Made by a program: the position numbers and the translations under genes. DNA of 64,000 bases from Nitrosarchaeum sp. Lineage in GTDB: Archaea > Thermoproteota > Nitrososphaeria > Nitrososphaerales > Nitrosopumilaceae. The notes under the pieces are model-generated. The model was not told where the DNA came from, searched no databases, and worked only from the letters and a program-made list of their open reading frames with translations. Shown piece by piece: positions 60,004-64,000 of the stretch (positions are counted from its first letter, which is position 1; each line of letters starts with the position of its first letter). The stretch is taken from positions 1,216,001 through 1,280,000 of the forward strand of contig OZ245020.1 in assembly GCA_965223865.1 (NCBI GenBank). The letters are read 5' to 3'.

Positions 60004-62430
60004 TTAATTTTCTTTAATTTTACTTGGAGGAGTCCATCTTTTTAGGAGAAGGGAGCTAGAGACTACCGAAACTGAGCTTGCAGCCATGGCCAAGCCAGCT
60101 AGGACAGGATAAAGTAAACCCACTCCTGCTACCGGAATTAAAACTGCATTGTAAATAAATGAATAAAAGAGATTTTGCTTTATTTTGCTGATGGTTTTTT
60201 TACTAATTTCTATTGCAGATACAACATCCTTTAGAGCGTCTCTTACCAAAATTACCATACCTGATTCTAAAGCAATATCTGTCCCTCTTCCTATTGCAAT
60301 TCCAACATCTGACTGAGTTATTGCAGGTGCATCATTTATGCCATCTCCTACCATTGCAACTTTTTTTCCTTGACTTTGAATTTTTTTAATTTCCTCAACT
60401 TTTTGTGAAGGTATAACATTTGAAATAATTTTTTCAATACCTAAATTCTGGCCTATCTCTTTTGCTGTTTTTTCATTATCTCCTGTTAACATTATTACCT
60501 CTATTCCCATTTTTTTTAGTAAAGATATTGTCTCTTTGGAATCATGTTTTGGCATATCTAAAAATGCGATTATACCTTTCACTTTGTTGTTTACTGTAAT
60601 GATTGAAACTGTTTTTCCTTGCTCTTGTAATTTTATAATTTCTTGGCTGGCTTCATCAAAATTAATTTGTTCTTTTTCAAATAAAGAAGGATTTCCAATC
60701 ACTATTGAATTATTTTCAAAAGTAATCCTTACTCCTCCACCAGGTATGGCTCTAAATTTGTCCGGATCTGATATTTTGATTCCCTCTTCTGTAGCTTTTT
60801 TGATGACTGCTTTTGATAGAGGGTGTTCTGAATTTTTTTCTGCAATTGCTGCCAGTCTTAGTATCTCAGATCGTCCAATTTCTTTATCAACTGGAATGAC
60901 ATCTGAGATTTCTGGTTTTCCTTCTGTTAGAGTTCCTGTTTTGTCAAAAACAATAGTTTGAATTTTTCCTAGCATTTCTAATCCTTGCCCTCCTTTGAAT
61001 ATGACTCCATTTTGAGTAGCCTTTCCCATTCCTACCATCACTGCAGTAGGTGTTGCAAGACCTAAAGCACATGGACAAGCTACTACAAGAATTGACACAG
61101 TGGGGATGATGGCAGATAGAATTAATCCTGGAGCGCCAAAGAAATACCAGGCCAAAAAAGTTGTTACTGCTATTCCCATAACAATAAATGAAAAATAACC
61201 CGCAATTTTATCCACTAATTTCTGCATAGGTGGTTTTTGACCCATTGCCTCTTCTACTAAACTGACAACTTGAGAGAGAAACGTATCTCTACTAACCTTG
61301 AGTGTTTTTAGGACTAAAGCACCTTCTCTGTTAATTGTTCCTCCTATCACTTTATCTCCCTTTTTTTTGGTTATGGGAAGCGATTCTCCTGTGATTATGG
61401 ACTCATCAACTGCTGAAGATCCCTCTACCACAATTGAATCAACAGGGATTTTTTCTCCAGGTTTAACAATTACCATGTCTCCTTCCTGTAAGATCTCTAT
61501 GGGGATTTCTTCTTGATTTTCCCCTCTTTTGAGAATAGCTGTTTTAGGTTGAAGCTCTAGCATTTTTCTTATTACAGATGATGCTTTTCCCTTGGTTTTG
61601 TTTTCAAGATACTTTCCCATTAAGATAAAAGTAATCACCATAACTGATGCCATATAGTGAATGTTCTCCCAAATGGGAATTGGAAATGTGTTAACTGCAC
61701 TAAAAATGTAAGCAGTTGTTGTACCTAATGCTATTAAAGTGTCCATGTTTGCTGATTTCATTTTGGCCATTTTGAAGGCACCAACATAAAATCGCCATCC
61801 TATTCCAAACTGAATTATACTTGCACATGCAAATGAAATGTGAGCTCCCTCACTAGTTCCTGCAAAAGGAAATGAAAGAAAAGTTCTAGAAAGTTCCCCT
61901 AAAAAAATTACAGGTATTGAAAGAATTACTCCCAACAAAAATAATCGCTTTGTCTTTTTTGCCTCTATTTCTTCAGCAGAATCTGCCAAGTCTTCACTTA
62001 GAATTTGAAAACCATAGTAGGTGACATATTTTCGTATATCTGATAATGAAAGAAGGGCAGGGCTATATTCTATGAAAATTTGCCCAGTACCAAAATTTAC
62101 AGAAGAAAATCGAATCCCTTCTTTTTTTGCCAGAATACTCTCTAATCTTTGAGCATCACTTGCATCTGAAATGTCTGACACTGTTAGTTTCAACTTTTCA
62201 TAGACAACAGTGTATCCTGCATCTTTGACTGCTTTTTCAAGTATGTTTAGATTTACTTTGGAGGGATCATACTCCAAAACTGCTTTTTCAGAACCCAAAT
62301 TTACGTCGCATTTTTGTACTCCTGGAACACTTGAGACCTTCTGTTGTATTGCTGTGACACATCCCGCACAATTCATACCTCCTATTTTGAAAACTGTGCG
62401 TTTTTGGGATACTGACTTTGCCTTGCTCAT
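60004..62430 (-). CDS. copA: Cu(I)-translocating P1B-1 ATPase
   Basis: GMNCAGC HMA, TGES, CPCALGLA, DKTGT, SEHP, GDGINDAP, YN and MAASS. Confidence 0.96.
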   Translation of the reverse strand: MSKAKSVSQKRTVFKIGGMNCAGCVTAIQQKVSSVPGVQKCDVNLGSEKAVLEYDPSKVNLNILEKAVKDAGYTVVYEKLKLTVSDISDASDAQRLESILAKKEGIRFSSVNFGTGQIFIEYSPALLSLSDIRKYVTYYGFQILSEDLADSAEEIEAKKTKRLFLLGVILSIPVIFLGELSRTFLSFPFAGTSEGAHISFACASIIQFGIGWRFYVGAFKMAKMKSANMDTLIALGTTTAYIFSAVNTFPIPIWENIHYMASVMVITFILMGKYLENKTKGKASSVIRKMLELQPKTAILKRGENQEEIPIEILQEGDMVIVKPGEKIPVDSIVVEGSSAVDESIITGESLPITKKKGDKVIGGTINREGALVLKTLKVSRDTFLSQVVSLVEEAMGQKPPMQKLVDKIAGYFSFIVMGIAVTTFLAWYFFGAPGLILSAIIPTVSILVVACPCALGLATPTAVMVGMGKATQNGVIFKGGQGLEMLGKIQTIVFDKTGTLTEGKPEISDVIPVDKEIGRSEILRLAAIAEKNSEHPLSKAVIKKATEEGIKISDPDKFRAIPGGGVRITFENNSIVIGNPSLFEKEQINFDEASQEIIKLQEQGKTVSIITVNNKVKGIIAFLDMPKHDSKETISLLKKMGIEVIMLTGDNEKTAKEIGQNLGIEKIISNVIPSQKVEEIKKIQSQGKKVAMVGDGINDAPAITQSDVGIAIGRGTDIALESGMVILVRDALKDVVSAIEISKKTISKIKQNLFYSFIYNAVLIPVAGVGLLYPVLAGLAMAASSVSVVSSSLLLKRWTPPSKIKEN

Positions 62431-62455
62431 GTTACCATTTATTCTTGTTCATTCC

Positions 62456-62539
62456 TAAAATTGTGTTGTTATGTGTAGTCAATTAATAATCACAAATTGA
62501 GGCTGATAAGTTAAGAATAGAAACTACGACACAATTTTA
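62456..62539. promoter_or_regulatory. Divergent promoter pair forming a 14-bp inverted repeat
   Basis: TAAAATTGTGTTGT (62456-62469) and ACGACACAATTTTA (62526-62539), each about 25 nt from a start codon. Confidence 0.6.
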
Positions 62540-62563
62540 TCTTCAAAAAATTCAATTAAAGAA

Positions 62564-63667
62564 TTGAAATCATCACAAGAAGAGATAGGGATTTCAGATG
62601 CAAAACTCCCGTTGCTCTCATTTTTGATAGCACTATTTGGTGTTTCTTTGTCGATGTGGGGTGCAAGTTGGGATATTACCTCTCATTTACTTCGAACTCC
62701 TGAAACTTTCTTTACTCCCTCTCATGGAGTTTTATATTCGGGAGTTGGAATCAGTCTAGTTAGTGCAATATTTAGTGTAGTCTTGCTTATTGCAAAAAAA
62801 GAACTAAGAAAAAAATCCTTTGTATTTGGTTCAAAGCTCATTATTGTAGGTGCAATATTGCAAGTCATTGCAGGGCCTGGAGACTTTTATTGGCATGAAC
62901 TATTTGGAATAGACGGTTTATTTAGCCCTACACATCTAACACTTGCCTTGGGCATCTTGATTGTTTCAATTGGATCCATCATAGGTTTTGCAAGAATACA
63001 TTCTCATCTTGTTGAAAAAAATAATTTTACAAAATTTATTCTTCCAATATCTTTTGGAATTTTTTGGTTCAGTGTCATGTGGTTAATCTTTTTCTTTGTG
63101 TTACCCATCTCAGACGGAGATACTCACAATTTCAATCCTGACCCAAATGTTGCAATAGTACTAAGTTTTGTACTGCCATTTGCATTTTCCATGGTGTTTT
63201 GGTCAGTATCTAAAACGATCAATAGTTTTGGTGCATCTAGTGTATCTGCACTTGTGTTTCTTACGATGAATATCTCCTCTAATATATTCACATCAGAAAA
63301 ACTTTTGATTTACCTACCCTGGTTTGTAGCTCCTATGCTCAGCGCAGTGATTGCAGATTATATTCTAAGTAATAAAATAAAATCCAAAATTATTCAAAGG
63401 CACAATGCAAAAATTTCAGGGTTTATTCTAGGTTCTATGTTTTTCATGTTCTGCTTTCCAATGCTGGCAATGACATTTTTGGATCTTTATTTATTTAATG
63501 ATGTTTTTTCATATGATGTATTACCCACTGCACAAAACACGGTTTCTCAAATTTGGACACTTACTATAATCCCTGGAGCAATATCTGGGATGATTGGAAT
63601 GGTTTTTGCATCAAGAAAGTTAAAACAGATTTCTAATTATCCAGTAATTAAAAAGTCTGAAATTTAA
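62564..63667 (+). CDS. Polytopic membrane protein with two D-x3-H-x12-H motifs
   Basis: About 9-10 hydrophobic segments; WDITSH..FFTPSH and GDFYWH..LFSPTH. Confidence 0.85.
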   Translation: MKSSQEEIGISDAKLPLLSFLIALFGVSLSMWGASWDITSHLLRTPETFFTPSHGVLYSGVGISLVSAIFSVVLLIAKKELRKKSFVFGSKLIIVGAILQVIAGPGDFYWHELFGIDGLFSPTHLTLALGILIVSIGSIIGFARIHSHLVEKNNFTKFILPISFGIFWFSVMWLIFFFVLPISDGDTHNFNPDPNVAIVLSFVLPFAFSMVFWSVSKTINSFGASSVSALVFLTMNISSNIFTSEKLLIYLPWFVAPMLSAVIADYILSNKIKSKIIQRHNAKISGFILGSMFFMFCFPMLAMTFLDLYLFNDVFSYDVLPTAQNTVSQIWTLTIIPGAISGMIGMVFASRKLKQISNYPVIKKSEI

Positions 63668-63821
63668 TCCAAGGACCATAGATCACTAATTTCTTATTGT
63701 GATATATTGGTGTGGGATTTTGATTTCAATTTTTTTGCCAAAACTAATTGCTCTATTTTTTATCAGAAATTTGACAAATTATAAAATCCAAATCCAAAAA
63801 TACACTTACTAAGAGTCATTT

Positions 63822-64000
63822 ATGATGCTGGAAAAAGCAATAATTGTTGGAGGCGGTATTGCAGGGCTTTTAGCAGCACATGTTTTATCTGATTATTTCA
63901 AAGAAGTTGTCCTGATTGAAAAAGATGAGTACAAAGAAAATGGTAAAATTCGACAAGGAACTCCGCAAGCAAATCATGTTCATATTTTACTTGTCAAAGG
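63822..64000 (+). CDS. FAD-dependent oxidoreductase/monooxygenase, 3'-truncated
   Basis: AIIVGGGIAGL..LIEKD Rossmann motif and RQGTPQANHVH. Confidence 0.88.
   Translation, partial: MMLEKAIIVGGGIAGLLAAHVLSDYFKEVVLIEKDEYKENGKIRQGTPQANHVHILLVK

Noticed and set aside
370-62458. Many antisense or overlapping ORFs in the track (for example 1111..1572, 2626..2940, 8598..8999, 18627..18995, 46044..46559, 60536..60961)
   Set aside because: They shadow well-supported genes and have no motifs
62564-63667. Calling the CuC-motif protein amoC
   Set aside because: It is about twice as long, has a duplicated motif, and has no amoA/amoB nearby; only motif similarity is supported
1-64000. CRISPR array, IS/transposase, integrase, rRNA
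   Set aside because: No regularly spaced repeats or recognisable catalytic motifs found by eye

Overview
AT-rich archaeal chromosomal window most consistent with an ammonia-oxidising archaeon of the Nitrosopumilus/Nitrosarchaeum type. This assignment is inferred from TFB, aRF1, PurP, ND-AspRS with GatCAB, a PEF-CTERM-type protein, a thaumarchaeal IPxWIKNNA domain and an Amt. Housekeeping blocks (about 1-11.9 kb and 20.4-49 kb) flank two accessory regions. The first (about 12-20.4 kb), beside tRNA-Phe, holds microproteins, CBS, Lrp, a class III cyclase and an ammonium transporter. The second (about 49.5-64 kb) is dense in Cys/His microproteins, UspA genes and GC-rich structured intergenic elements, and ends in copA. 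The best candidate for a new system is a polytopic membrane protein with two PmoC/AmoC CuC-like D-x3-H-x12-H motifs, transcribed divergently from copA through mirror-image promoters. Other highlights are an apparent ACG start for phnE, a motif shared by the phnD and regulator promoters, several candidate small RNAs, and homopolymer frameshifts that may be sequencing errors. No CRISPR array, rRNA, transposase or integrase was seen. All family calls come from motif recognition, not database searches.
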